Assembly (NCBI GenBank): GCA_021838305.1
Contig: JAKCEB010000001.1
Span: 1-52,161 of the forward strand
Direction: 5' to 3'
Source: Actinomycetes bacterium
GTDB taxonomy: Bacteria > Actinomycetota > Acidimicrobiia > Acidimicrobiales > Palsa-688
DNA length: 52,161 nucleotides
Numbering within the stretch: position 1 is the stretch's first letter; every line of letters starts with the position of its first letter. Made by a program: the position numbers and the translations under genes. The notes below the pieces were generated by a model, which made no database searches, was not told the DNA's origin, and was given only the letters and a program-made list of their open reading frames with translations. Below, one piece after another: positions 39,041 to 46,653 of this stretch.

Positions 39041-39081
39041 CGCCCGCTTGTCGGTTGGCACCGCTGTGACATGTTGAGGCC

Positions 39082-39504
39082 TCAAACCGCCGCGCCGAGC
39101 ATCGCGTCGCCGGCCGCTTCGTGGAAGGCCCATGCGTCCGGATTCCACAATTCCAAGTGGGTAAGCGCGCCCATCACCAGGACTGTCGACCCTTCCGCGA
39201 GCTGGGCGAACCCGCGAAGGTACTGCGGTAGCGCTATCCGCCCTTGGCCGTCGAGATCCACTTCCGTCGAGCCGACAGAAAAGGCCCGGGCGCGATTGCG
39301 GTCCTCGGTCGAACCCTCGAAAAGTGGTGCCATCTCTCGCGCCTTTTCTTCGAAGGCCGACGGCGTCCACACTGCGAGACAGCCCTCGCTGTACTTGGAG
39401 ACCAGCGCCTTTTGGTCGAAGGTCGTGCGGAAACGGTGCGGAAGTATGAGCCGCCCCTTTCCGTCGAGGGAGTGCTCGTATCTCCCCACGAACTTCGTTT
39501 CCAC
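39082..39504 (-). CDS. mraZ: Transcriptional regulator MraZ
   Basis: Two SpoVT/AbrB-like halves, with 'LDGKGRLILP' and 'LDGQGRIALP'. GTG start. Confidence 0.93.
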   Translation of the reverse strand: METKFVGRYEHSLDGKGRLILPHRFRTTFDQKALVSKYSEGCLAVWTPSAFEEKAREMAPLFEGSTEDRNRARAFSVGSTEVDLDGQGRIALPQYLRGFAQLAEGSTVLVMGALTHLELWNPDAWAFHEAAGDAMLGAAV

Positions 39505-39545
39505 TTGACACTGACTCCGTCCTCTGGGCGACCAGGGTCCCTCCC

Positions 39546-39594
39546 TTTCGCTCCACCTGCCCCCACTCTATGGTCTAGACCCCCACCATGTCAA
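39546..39594 (-). promoter_or_regulatory. Predicted mraZ (dcw) promoter overlapped by 10-bp-phased GTGGG-type repeats (candidate MraZ operator)
   Basis: On the minus strand: TTGACA (39594..39589), 18-nt spacer, TAGAGT (39570..39565). Repeats are GTGGGGG at 39586, GTGGGGG at 39566, GTGGAG at 39556 and AGGGAGG at 39546. Confidence 0.5.
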
Positions 39595-39701
39595 TCAAAT
39601 GGGGTCCGCGAGACAGATCGCGGCCCGCGGGGAAACGTCGCGGGCGCGCGAATGCCCGTTTCGGTGTTCAGGTGAAGCCCGCGCATTGGACCTCTGTCGT
39701 A

Positions 39702-39716
39702 GAATTGCCGCAATTC
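39702..39716. promoter_or_regulatory. 15-bp perfect palindrome GAATTGC-C-GCAATTC
   Basis: AT-rich dyad in GC-rich intergenic DNA. It shares the AATTGC/GCAATT core with the larger palindrome at 39761..39807. Confidence 0.3.
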
Positions 39717-39760
39717 GCCTAACGCGGTCGTGCGTGGCGCCCTCAGCCGTCCTCGACAAA

Positions 39761-39807
39761 GACTGTGCGTAAAATTGCACCGTTTTCGTGCAATTTTACG
39801 CACAGTC
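39761..39807 (-). terminator. Perfect 20-bp-arm inverted repeat (7-nt loop); probable strong hairpin/terminator after the LplA-like gene, or an operator
   Basis: GACTGTGCGTAAAATTGCAC-cgttttc-GTGCAATTTTACGCACAGTC. On the minus strand it is followed by TTTG. A second hairpin, CCTCCG-N8-CGGAGG, lies at 39809..39828. Confidence 0.45.
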
Positions 39808-39872
39808 TCCTCCGAGGACTTGCGGAGGATGCAACTCGGGCTGATGAAGATGCTGACGCCAACCTCGAAGTC

Positions 39873-39929
39873 GGACGGGGACCGGGACGCGCGGAGCGGG
39901 ACGTGGGGGCCGGGACGCGGGGCCCGGAC
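39873..39929. repeat. G-run tract with 14-nt periodic GGGAC repeats (C-rich on the minus-strand transcript)
   Basis: GGGAC at 39878, 39884, 39898 and 39912, and GGAC at 39926 (the last four are 14 nt apart). There are six runs of three or more G on the plus strand. Confidence 0.55.
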
Positions 39930-39938
39930 CGGTACTGG

Positions 39939-40625
39939 CTACGGCTCGAGCGTCTCCAGGTCAGCGACGTGCTTCACGAAAGCATCCGCGACCTGCCGGC
40001 CGCGCTGTACACCGATTCCGACGGCGACCGCGTCGAGCTCACCAGTCGCAGCGCCTGCCGGCAGTTTGAGCATCTCCTCATAATCGTCGGGTTGCCAGCT
40101 GAGCATGACGGCGGACTGGAAGAGCGCTCCCTGCTGCGTACGGCGCTGCGATATCCCGACGACCTTTCGGCCGGCAATCGTCACCTCCCCCGGGCCGAGT
40201 CCGGCGAAGCACACCGTGCGAGACCAGGGAGTGTGGCGCATCGCGCCGTGCCAGACATCGGCCTCGGATCCGAACGACACCGCCCAACAGCCCCCGATCC
40301 AGCGCGCCGCCCGCGACACGTCAGCCTGCCACAGCGGGTCGCCCGATGGTACGACGACATCCACCCAGAGGATCTCCTGCGGCCCTACTAGAACCGCCGA
40401 ACCCCCGCTTCGCCGCCTAGCGAGCCCTACGTGCCGTCGTTCGAGCGCTTCGAAGTCGACGGCGTCGGTTTTCTGGCTGGGACCAAGCACCAGTGCGCGC
40501 TGCGAAGGGGTCAAAACCCTGATCTGTCGTCTCCGGATCGCGAGCGCTTCGCCGGACTGGCTGTGCAGGTCGTCGGCGCAGCCGTGCGAGCGCACAACTT
40601 GCCAAGCTTCAGGCGGTGAGGGCAC
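39939..40625 (-). CDS. Biotin/lipoate A/B protein ligase family protein (LplA-like)
   Basis: 'RRRSGGSAVLVGP' and the lysine motif 'GRKVVGISQRR'. The start may be GTG 40598. Confidence 0.7.
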   Translation of the reverse strand: MPSPPEAWQVVRSHGCADDLHSQSGEALAIRRRQIRVLTPSQRALVLGPSQKTDAVDFEALERRHVGLARRRSGGSAVLVGPQEILWVDVVVPSGDPLWQADVSRAARWIGGCWAVSFGSEADVWHGAMRHTPWSRTVCFAGLGPGEVTIAGRKVVGISQRRTQQGALFQSAVMLSWQPDDYEEMLKLPAGAATGELDAVAVGIGVQRGRQVADAFVKHVADLETLEP

Positions 40626-41124
40626 TACCCGAGGGGAGGCAAAGGTAGGCCTCCCATTCGCGCTGCATCCGCTCGCTCGCTAGCAGGAGGAACGTACGTT
40701 GGCGCGGCGGAGCCGGAGGGTGCCGCAGACGCATCCCGATCTCCTCGAGCAGCCGGTCGCGTTTGTGAAAGTTGCAGGCTCTGCAGGCGGCAACAACGTT
40801 GTCCCATGAGTGTCGGCCGCCCCTGCTCTTGGGTATGACATGGTCGATGCTCTCTGCCTCGGCGCCGCAGTACTGGCACTTATGGCCGTCGCGTGCGAAC
40901 ACCGCCCGGCGATTGAGGGCTGCCCTGGCGTGATAGGGAACTCGGATGTAGTAGCGCATCCTCACTACGGAAGGCTCCTCCAAGCAGAGATTCTCGGACC
41001 GCACATATCGCTCGGAAGGCTGGAGCATCTCGGCTTTGTGGTCAAGCAGGAGCATCAGCGCTCGACGGGTCGGGACAACACACAGGGGTTCGTAGGTGGC
41101 GTTGAGCACGAGAGCCTGCGTCAC
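40609..41124 (-). CDS. HNH endonuclease family protein
   Basis: 'CQYCGAEAESIDHVIPKSRGGRHSWDNVVAACRACNFHK'. The N-terminus 'LVLNATYEPL' is typical of the conserved chromosomal HNH family. Confidence 0.88.
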   Translation of the reverse strand: MTQALVLNATYEPLCVVPTRRALMLLLDHKAEMLQPSERYVRSENLCLEEPSVVRMRYYIRVPYHARAALNRRAVFARDGHKCQYCGAEAESIDHVIPKSRGGRHSWDNVVAACRACNFHKRDRLLEEIGMRLRHPPAPPRQRTFLLLASERMQREWEAYLCLPSGSALTA

Positions 41125-41223
41125 GCCAACCCCTTCACTATGCCCTAGGAGGTTCCGGGTGTCCGGTCGGCGTCAATGCGGCTGCGGCACCGCTCGATCT
41201 GGGCACTCTCATGCGCTTTTAGA

Positions 41224-41511
41224 TTAGTCACCTCCGCTGTGTTGCCGGCGACACCACTCCAGGTAAGTGATCAGGTCCTCGCCTGAGGCACCGCGTTCGT
41301 CTCCATACATCGTCTCTGACCGGAAATGGCGGTAGTGCGCCCGGGGGAACGGGACCGGAGGCCACGTCGCCCACCACCGCCGGGGAACGAACCGCGCTGC
41401 GACAGGCCAGAGGTCCGGTCGACGAGCGAGTGCTGCGACGGGCGAACGGTCCCCGGGGGTATAGGACTTCACAGACACTACGCTAGGACGAAGCCCGCCT
41501 CCGGAGGACAT
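41224..41511 (-). CDS. Hypothetical Trp/Arg-rich small protein
   Basis: 95-aa ORF ('PRRWWATWPPVPFP...LITYLEWCRR'). Its ATG lies back to back with the moxR RBS, so the start and the coding status are uncertain. Confidence 0.45.
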   Translation of the reverse strand: MSSGGGLRPSVVSVKSYTPGDRSPVAALARRPDLWPVAARFVPRRWWATWPPVPFPRAHYRHFRSETMYGDERGASGEDLITYLEWCRRQHSGGD

Positions 41512-41513
41512 TG

Positions 41514-42503
41514 ATGGATCGACAACTCGCGACCACCGCGGTTCTGGATCCCTTTACGTCCGTATTCGAATCTGTAGTAAGCAACATTTCGACGGTTGTC
41601 CGAGGCAAGGAGGGTGCAATCGGACTTGCTCTCGTCTGCCTCCTGGCCGAAGGTCACCTTCTTATCGAGGACGTCCCGGGGGTTGGCAAGACGACTCTCG
41701 CGAAAGCTCTCGCACGAAGCTTCGACCTTGAGTGCCGTCGAATCCAGTTCACACCAGATCTCCTCCCCTCCGATATTACCGGCGTCAGCCTCTACAACCG
41801 TGACGGCATGAGCTTCACGTTCCGCCCAGGACCGGTCTTCGCCAACGTCGTCATTGCCGACGAGATCAACCGTGCGTCACCGAAAACCCAGTCTGCACTC
41901 CTCGAAGCGATGCAGGAGCGACAGGTTTCACTGGACGACGTGACCCGACCGCTCCCCGACCCTTTCATGGTCGTGGCCACCCAGAACCCGATCGAGTACG
42001 AAGGCACATATCCTCTTCCGGAAAGCCAGATCGACCGATTTTTGATGCGGCTCAGTCTCGGCTACCCGGACAAGGATTCCGAAGCCGCCATGTTGGATGC
42101 GGCCAGAGCTATGGACCCGCTCGAAGTGGCGAAACTACCCGTAGTCGCCGACAACGCCACCATCCGGGCGATGTTCCGAATCGTGAAGTCGATCTACAGC
42201 GCTTCTTTCGTGCGTTCCTACATCGTTGAGTTGGCGGTGGCAACGAGGCGCCACCCGGCGGTGCGCCTCGGAATGTCGCCGCGGTCGACGCTCGGAATGC
42301 AGCGAGCAGCGCAGGCGCTCGCAGCATCGCTCGGACGAGCCTACGTCACCCCCGACGACGTGAAGGCGGTCCTACGCCCCGTTGTGGAGCACCGTCTGGT
42401 ACTCGATCCGTCGCTCGCTGCGTCGGGAACGGAAGTGCGCGAGATCCTCGACGAGATCGAGCGGGCTGTCCCAGTCCCCGCCGGACGCGACATAGAGCGC
42501 TGA
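41514..42503 (+). CDS. moxR: MoxR family AAA+ ATPase
   Basis: Walker A 'PGVGKTTLAKALA' and 'ADEINRASPKTQSALLEAMQE'. GGAGGA lies 5 nt upstream of ATG 41514. Confidence 0.93.
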   Translation: MDRQLATTAVLDPFTSVFESVVSNISTVVRGKEGAIGLALVCLLAEGHLLIEDVPGVGKTTLAKALARSFDLECRRIQFTPDLLPSDITGVSLYNRDGMSFTFRPGPVFANVVIADEINRASPKTQSALLEAMQERQVSLDDVTRPLPDPFMVVATQNPIEYEGTYPLPESQIDRFLMRLSLGYPDKDSEAAMLDAARAMDPLEVAKLPVVADNATIRAMFRIVKSIYSASFVRSYIVELAVATRRHPAVRLGMSPRSTLGMQRAAQALAASLGRAYVTPDDVKAVLRPVVEHRLVLDPSLAASGTEVREILDEIERAVPVPAGRDIER

Positions 42504-42594
42504 AACCTGTGCCTCGAAGCACCTCAAGTCCCACCCGCCGGAGCCGGTGCCCCGGGTCGACTGCTCCGACATCACGACGTGACGGCCTGCACCC

Positions 42595-43875
42595 ATGAGA
42601 CTTTCGGTATCCCTGACCCCGAGGGGCCAAGCCTTGACGGCTTCCGCGGGCGCGCTCGCCCTCGGAGCGTTCCTGTCGGGCGCTCTGGAGTTGTACGGAC
42701 TGTCCGCTGCAGCGCTCGTCCTTGTTGTGGTGGCTTGGGGCCGGGCGAGATTCGCTTCATGGGACGTGGCTTTCACCCGGACGGTGACGCCTGCACGGGT
42801 AGCGGTCGGGGGAACGTGCCGCGTCGATGTCGTCGCGTGCAATACCGGAGGCAGGGCCAGCCCGCGCGCGGAAGGGCGCGACCCTTTCGGCGACACCGGG
42901 CGGACGGCGCGCTTCAGCATCGCCTCTCTGCGCCCCAGCGAAGTTAGACGCACGTCGTACCGTGTGACGCCGTCGAGACGAGGTGTCTACAGTCTCGGCC
43001 CGCTGTCAGTAAGGGTAATTGACCCTTTCGGGCTCGCCGAGGCCGTCGGCCGCGCCGCTGGGGAGGCCAAGCTCAGGGTGCATCCGCAATTCGAGGTCCT
43101 ACCCGACTCCGCCCTGCCCGGCGGCGGCCGGCTTCGCCGCAGGGCCACAGGCCAAAGCGACGGCACCGAGCCGGACACTTTCCTGCTGAAACGCTATTCG
43201 GTGGGAGACGACATCCGTCGAGTTCATTGGCCGACAACGGCACGCGTCGGCGATCTCACCCTCCGCCACGACGAGCCGCGCCACAGCGGGTTAGTGGTCG
43301 TCCTCGCCGATCTGCGTCGCGACACCATAGCGGGCGACAATGCGCCCAGCAGTTATCCAGATGCCGAGATCCCAATCGATGCCAGCCAGTCGGACGCCCT
43401 CGAGACGATCCTGGAGGCGACCGCTACTCTCGCTGTGTCGTGGCTGCGCGCCGGGTATCTGGTCAGGTTGGTGACAAGCGCCGGCTTCGACTCTGGCCGC
43501 GGGGCGGGCCAAGCGCACTCGACGACGATCCTCGATGCACTAAGCGAAGCCGCCGCCCACGCAACGCAGCAACAGCGACTACCCGAACTTCCGAGCGCTG
43601 ACATCCCAGTCGTCGTGGTCACGACCGACAAGTGCGACCAACGTCGCTTCGTCGCACTGGTAGGACAGCGCACGATGAAAAATATGACCGTCGTCTGCGT
43701 GGCAACGCCCCTCACGAATCCGACGCCTTGCGAGGCGGACATGATCCCGACCGCCTCGTTCAGCGTCGATGAGGCAGGCCCAGGGTCGCGCATTGTCGGG
43801 CCGAGGAGGCAGATACGGATTCCAGTCGGGAGCACCCTGGCACGCCATGCCGGCAGTTCGGTGGTCGAGGCTTGA
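42595..43875 (+). CDS. DUF58 domain protein
   Basis: N-terminal TM segments and 'YSVGDDIRRVHWPTTAR'. Confidence 0.85.
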   Translation: MRLSVSLTPRGQALTASAGALALGAFLSGALELYGLSAAALVLVVVAWGRARFASWDVAFTRTVTPARVAVGGTCRVDVVACNTGGRASPRAEGRDPFGDTGRTARFSIASLRPSEVRRTSYRVTPSRRGVYSLGPLSVRVIDPFGLAEAVGRAAGEAKLRVHPQFEVLPDSALPGGGRLRRRATGQSDGTEPDTFLLKRYSVGDDIRRVHWPTTARVGDLTLRHDEPRHSGLVVVLADLRRDTIAGDNAPSSYPDAEIPIDASQSDALETILEATATLAVSWLRAGYLVRLVTSAGFDSGRGAGQAHSTTILDALSEAAAHATQQQRLPELPSADIPVVVVTTDKCDQRRFVALVGQRTMKNMTVVCVATPLTNPTPCEADMIPTASFSVDEAGPGSRIVGPRRQIRIPVGSTLARHAGSSVVEA

Positions 43876-46175
43876 CCACCCCGGCGAAGCGGTTTGACTG
43901 GGGTGAACTGGCCCGCGCCGTCTCGGTTTCGATGCTGAGCGTGGCGGCTGCGGGTGGCCTCTTCAGGGTCTTCGTCGGCCTCGCCTGGGCGGGCCCGGTG
44001 ATCGTCGTGCTCGCAGCAGCGACAGCCGCTATGTGGCTTCAAAGGCGCCGTCGACGTTTCTGGCGGGTCACCTCAGGACTCCTGGCGGTAGTGCTGACAG
44101 TTATTTGGACTGTCTTCCCGTCCTCGACGGTCTTCGGCATTCCGACCCTCGCGACGCTTCGCGCCGTGCGGTTGGCGCTGCGGGGCATCGGTCCGAGCTT
44201 TGCTTTGTCCGTACCGCCGGTGCACCCCACATCGGGTTTGGAGCTTCTAGCTGCCGGTGGCGGCGGCATCATGACAGTCGCGGCGCTTTGGATCTCGTCC
44301 CATCGTTCGACTGGAATTGCCGCTATTTTTCCGTCGCTCGTCGTGTTCATAGCGGCGATCCCGGCAGGCCGTGGCCCCGGGCGGATAACCGTCGTCGCGG
44401 GCTACTGCGTCGGCGTCTGCATCTACCTCTTCGTCACTTCGCGCGAATCGGAGCCCCGCTTGTGGTTCGCCGACGTGCACAGCCGACGACGAGGTTCGCG
44501 CCTGTCGAGCGCCGGAGCGACGACTTTGGCTGCCGTCGCGATAGCCGCAGCTGTGACAGTCTCGCTGCCAGGTATCGACGGTGTGGGTGTACTCGGATGG
44601 AGAAGTGCCTCGGGCGGCTCGGGCCAGCGGATCGTCCCCAACCCGCTCATATCATTGCAGACGCGGCTTCTTCAAGAGTCGAGCACTCCCGTGTTCCAGG
44701 TGCACAGCACCGTCGCGTCGTATTGGCAGCTCACTACGCTCAGCACCTTCGACGGGATCACGTGGAGTTCGCACGGCTCCTACAGTGGCTTCACTTCGCA
44801 GCTTCCTGGTATCCCCAAAGCGTCGGGAGGGGTTCAAGTTGACCAGGCAACATTTGACATCCAGAACCTGGACTCGGTGTGGCTTCCCGACCAGTTCAAC
44901 CCGGTATCGGTCAAGGGCACCAAGGGAGTGTCATACGATCCGCAGAGCGACAGCCTCCTCGTAGACGGTTCGACTTCAAACGGGATGACCTATACCGTCA
45001 CCTCATACCGTTACCTTGCCGACTTGACTGCGACCGAGTTGAAAGCCGCTCCCAACTTGCAACCCTCACTTACGCTGTCGGCCGATACGGCCCTTCCCGC
45101 ATCTGTGCCCCGCAGCGTCAAGGACCTTGCCGATCAGATCACTGCCGGCTCTACAAGCGAGTACGCCAAGGCGCTCGCGATCCAGAACTTCCTGACCGGA
45201 CCCTCTTTCAGCTACACGCTTAGCCCGCCGACAGACGGCTCGGGCACATCAGCTCTGACCACGTTTCTATTCGATACCAGAGCGGGTTATTGCCAGCAGT
45301 TCGCAGCGGCGTTTGCAGTACTCGCTCGAGAGGTCGGTCTCCCGACGAGGCTCGGTGTGGGTTTTGCTACCGGTAACGCCATTCCAGGTGGCTTTCAGGT
45401 CCTCGACAGCGACGCACACACCTGGCCGGAAGTTTACTTCGGTCCTCACTACGGTTGGGTTCCGTTCGAGCCGACACCGGGTTTCGCTGTGCCGGGCGCT
45501 GGTGGCTACGATCCGTCGAGCCTCGCGTCGGCCCAGGGCCTTCAGCAGACACAATCCCCGGTTGCTCCGGCGAGTCCGCTCAACACCGTCCCGGCCGGGC
45601 ATTTGAAGGCCGGCGCTTCTCAAGGATCATCGTCGAACGTGGCCCAAGGTGCGCCGGTTCCGACGGGGCTTGGACAATCTCATGGCTGGGGGTGGGTCGT
45701 TTTACTCGTGATTTTGGGCGCTCTGGCCTCTTGGTGCGTCGCGGTAGCGGCATCCCGCGCTGCGCTGCGGCTCTTTAGGCGGGTCCGCGCGACAAGGCAA
45801 GGTCCGCGCAGTGTCGCCTTGGATGCGTGGCGCGAAGCGGAGGCAGAGCTCGTCTGGTACGGCATCAGTCGCGCGTCAAGCGAGACCCCCAGGGAGTTCG
45901 CCCGCCGAGCGTCCCGCCTCGATACGCTCGGCGGATTGGCAGCTCTAGCCGTAGTCGCTGACCAGGCGTCGTTCGCGCCGGTATTCGACTCGACGTTGGC
46001 GAGAACGGCCGCTGAACTCTCGCAACGGACGAGAAGGAGCCTTCTGGGCGCCCAGAGCCGGACGCAAAGAAATTGGCGGCGACTCGGTGTCAGGCCTTCG
46101 ACGCTTGGCGCAGTTACGACCAACCTGCGCCAGATCCGCCTCGACTGGGTGCGGCGAACTCGTATCCGGGGCTAA
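43872..46175 (+). CDS. Transglutaminase-like membrane protein (TgpA-type: DUF3488 + transglutaminase core + DUF4129)
   Basis: Multi-TM N-terminus, catalytic Cys region 'GYCQQFAAAFAVLAREVGLPTR' and 'DAHTWPEVYF'. TTGA overlap with the DUF58 gene. Confidence 0.88.
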   Translation: MTTPAKRFDWGELARAVSVSMLSVAAAGGLFRVFVGLAWAGPVIVVLAAATAAMWLQRRRRRFWRVTSGLLAVVLTVIWTVFPSSTVFGIPTLATLRAVRLALRGIGPSFALSVPPVHPTSGLELLAAGGGGIMTVAALWISSHRSTGIAAIFPSLVVFIAAIPAGRGPGRITVVAGYCVGVCIYLFVTSRESEPRLWFADVHSRRRGSRLSSAGATTLAAVAIAAAVTVSLPGIDGVGVLGWRSASGGSGQRIVPNPLISLQTRLLQESSTPVFQVHSTVASYWQLTTLSTFDGITWSSHGSYSGFTSQLPGIPKASGGVQVDQATFDIQNLDSVWLPDQFNPVSVKGTKGVSYDPQSDSLLVDGSTSNGMTYTVTSYRYLADLTATELKAAPNLQPSLTLSADTALPASVPRSVKDLADQITAGSTSEYAKALAIQNFLTGPSFSYTLSPPTDGSGTSALTTFLFDTRAGYCQQFAAAFAVLAREVGLPTRLGVGFATGNAIPGGFQVLDSDAHTWPEVYFGPHYGWVPFEPTPGFAVPGAGGYDPSSLASAQGLQQTQSPVAPASPLNTVPAGHLKAGASQGSSSNVAQGAPVPTGLGQSHGWGWVVLLVILGALASWCVAVAASRAALRLFRRVRATRQGPRSVALDAWREAEAELVWYGISRASSETPREFARRASRLDTLGGLAALAVVADQASFAPVFDSTLARTAAELSQRTRRSLLGAQSRTQRNWRRLGVRPSTLGAVTTNLRQIRLDWVRRTRIRG

Positions 46176-46201
46176 AGACTCGACGCCCCGACGATCGCCG
46201 C

Positions 46202-46582
46202 TCAGCTGTTGGCGTCGCCTCCGAAGCGCTCCCGAAGCTTGCGTGCCAGCTCCGAGAAGGACTGGCTCGGATTACGGGATCTGAAGGTCTGTGCGACTTG
46301 CTCCACTCCTAGCCGGCTGATCCTCGTCAGGTTCCTGATCAGGACCACTGAGGACACGAGCATGATGAGGAAGCCGAAAATAGCGAGAATCCAGCTCGAC
46401 GCGAAGGCTACAAGCAGCACTACCAGCCCGACAACGAAACCGAGAGCCGCCCACTTGCAGTTGCGTGCCAGGTAGCGCTGAAGCGTCGTCGACGCGATCA
46501 TCTGTGCAGACTTCGGGTCTTGCGAATGGAACTGGCGTTCTATCTCCGCAAGGATTCGTTGTTCGTTCTCGTTGAGCGGCAC
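46202..46582 (-). CDS. DUF3040 domain membrane protein
   Basis: 'PLNENEQRILAEIERQF' N-terminus and two C-terminal TM segments. GGAGG lies 6 nt upstream of the GTG start. Confidence 0.85.
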   Translation of the reverse strand: MPLNENEQRILAEIERQFHSQDPKSAQMIASTTLQRYLARNCKWAALGFVVGLVVLLVAFASSWILAIFGFLIMLVSSVVLIRNLTRISRLGVEQVAQTFRSRNPSQSFSELARKLRERFGGDANS

Positions 46583-46612
46583 CGTTCGCCTCCGACTACA
46601 TCATCTCACCAG

Positions 46613-46644
46613 AAAAAAGATACGGCAACGCGACACGGTCGCGT
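46613..46644 (-). terminator. Weak terminator-like hairpin after dinB
   Basis: ACGCGAC-ACG-GTCGCGT (46628..46644) followed on the minus strand, after 9 nt, by T6 (46618..46613). The spacing is non-canonical. Confidence 0.25.
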
Positions 46645-46653
46645 CATGGGCAA

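Noticed and set aside
39591-40391. Mirror-image ORFs starting MRKIA..CNFTHSL on both strands (39591..39803 minus and 39765..40391 plus).
   Set aside because: The similarity is a direct consequence of translating the 47-nt perfect palindrome in both directions. The remainder is Arg/Gly-rich or antisense to the LplA-like gene, so they are not coding.
40609-41124. HNH endonuclease as a sign of a mobile element, homing endonuclease or restriction system.
   Set aside because: There is no intron or intein context, and no methyltransferase, integrase or repeat boundaries. The sequence type (LVLNATYEPL N-terminus, about 170 aa) looks like the conserved stand-alone chromosomal HNH family.
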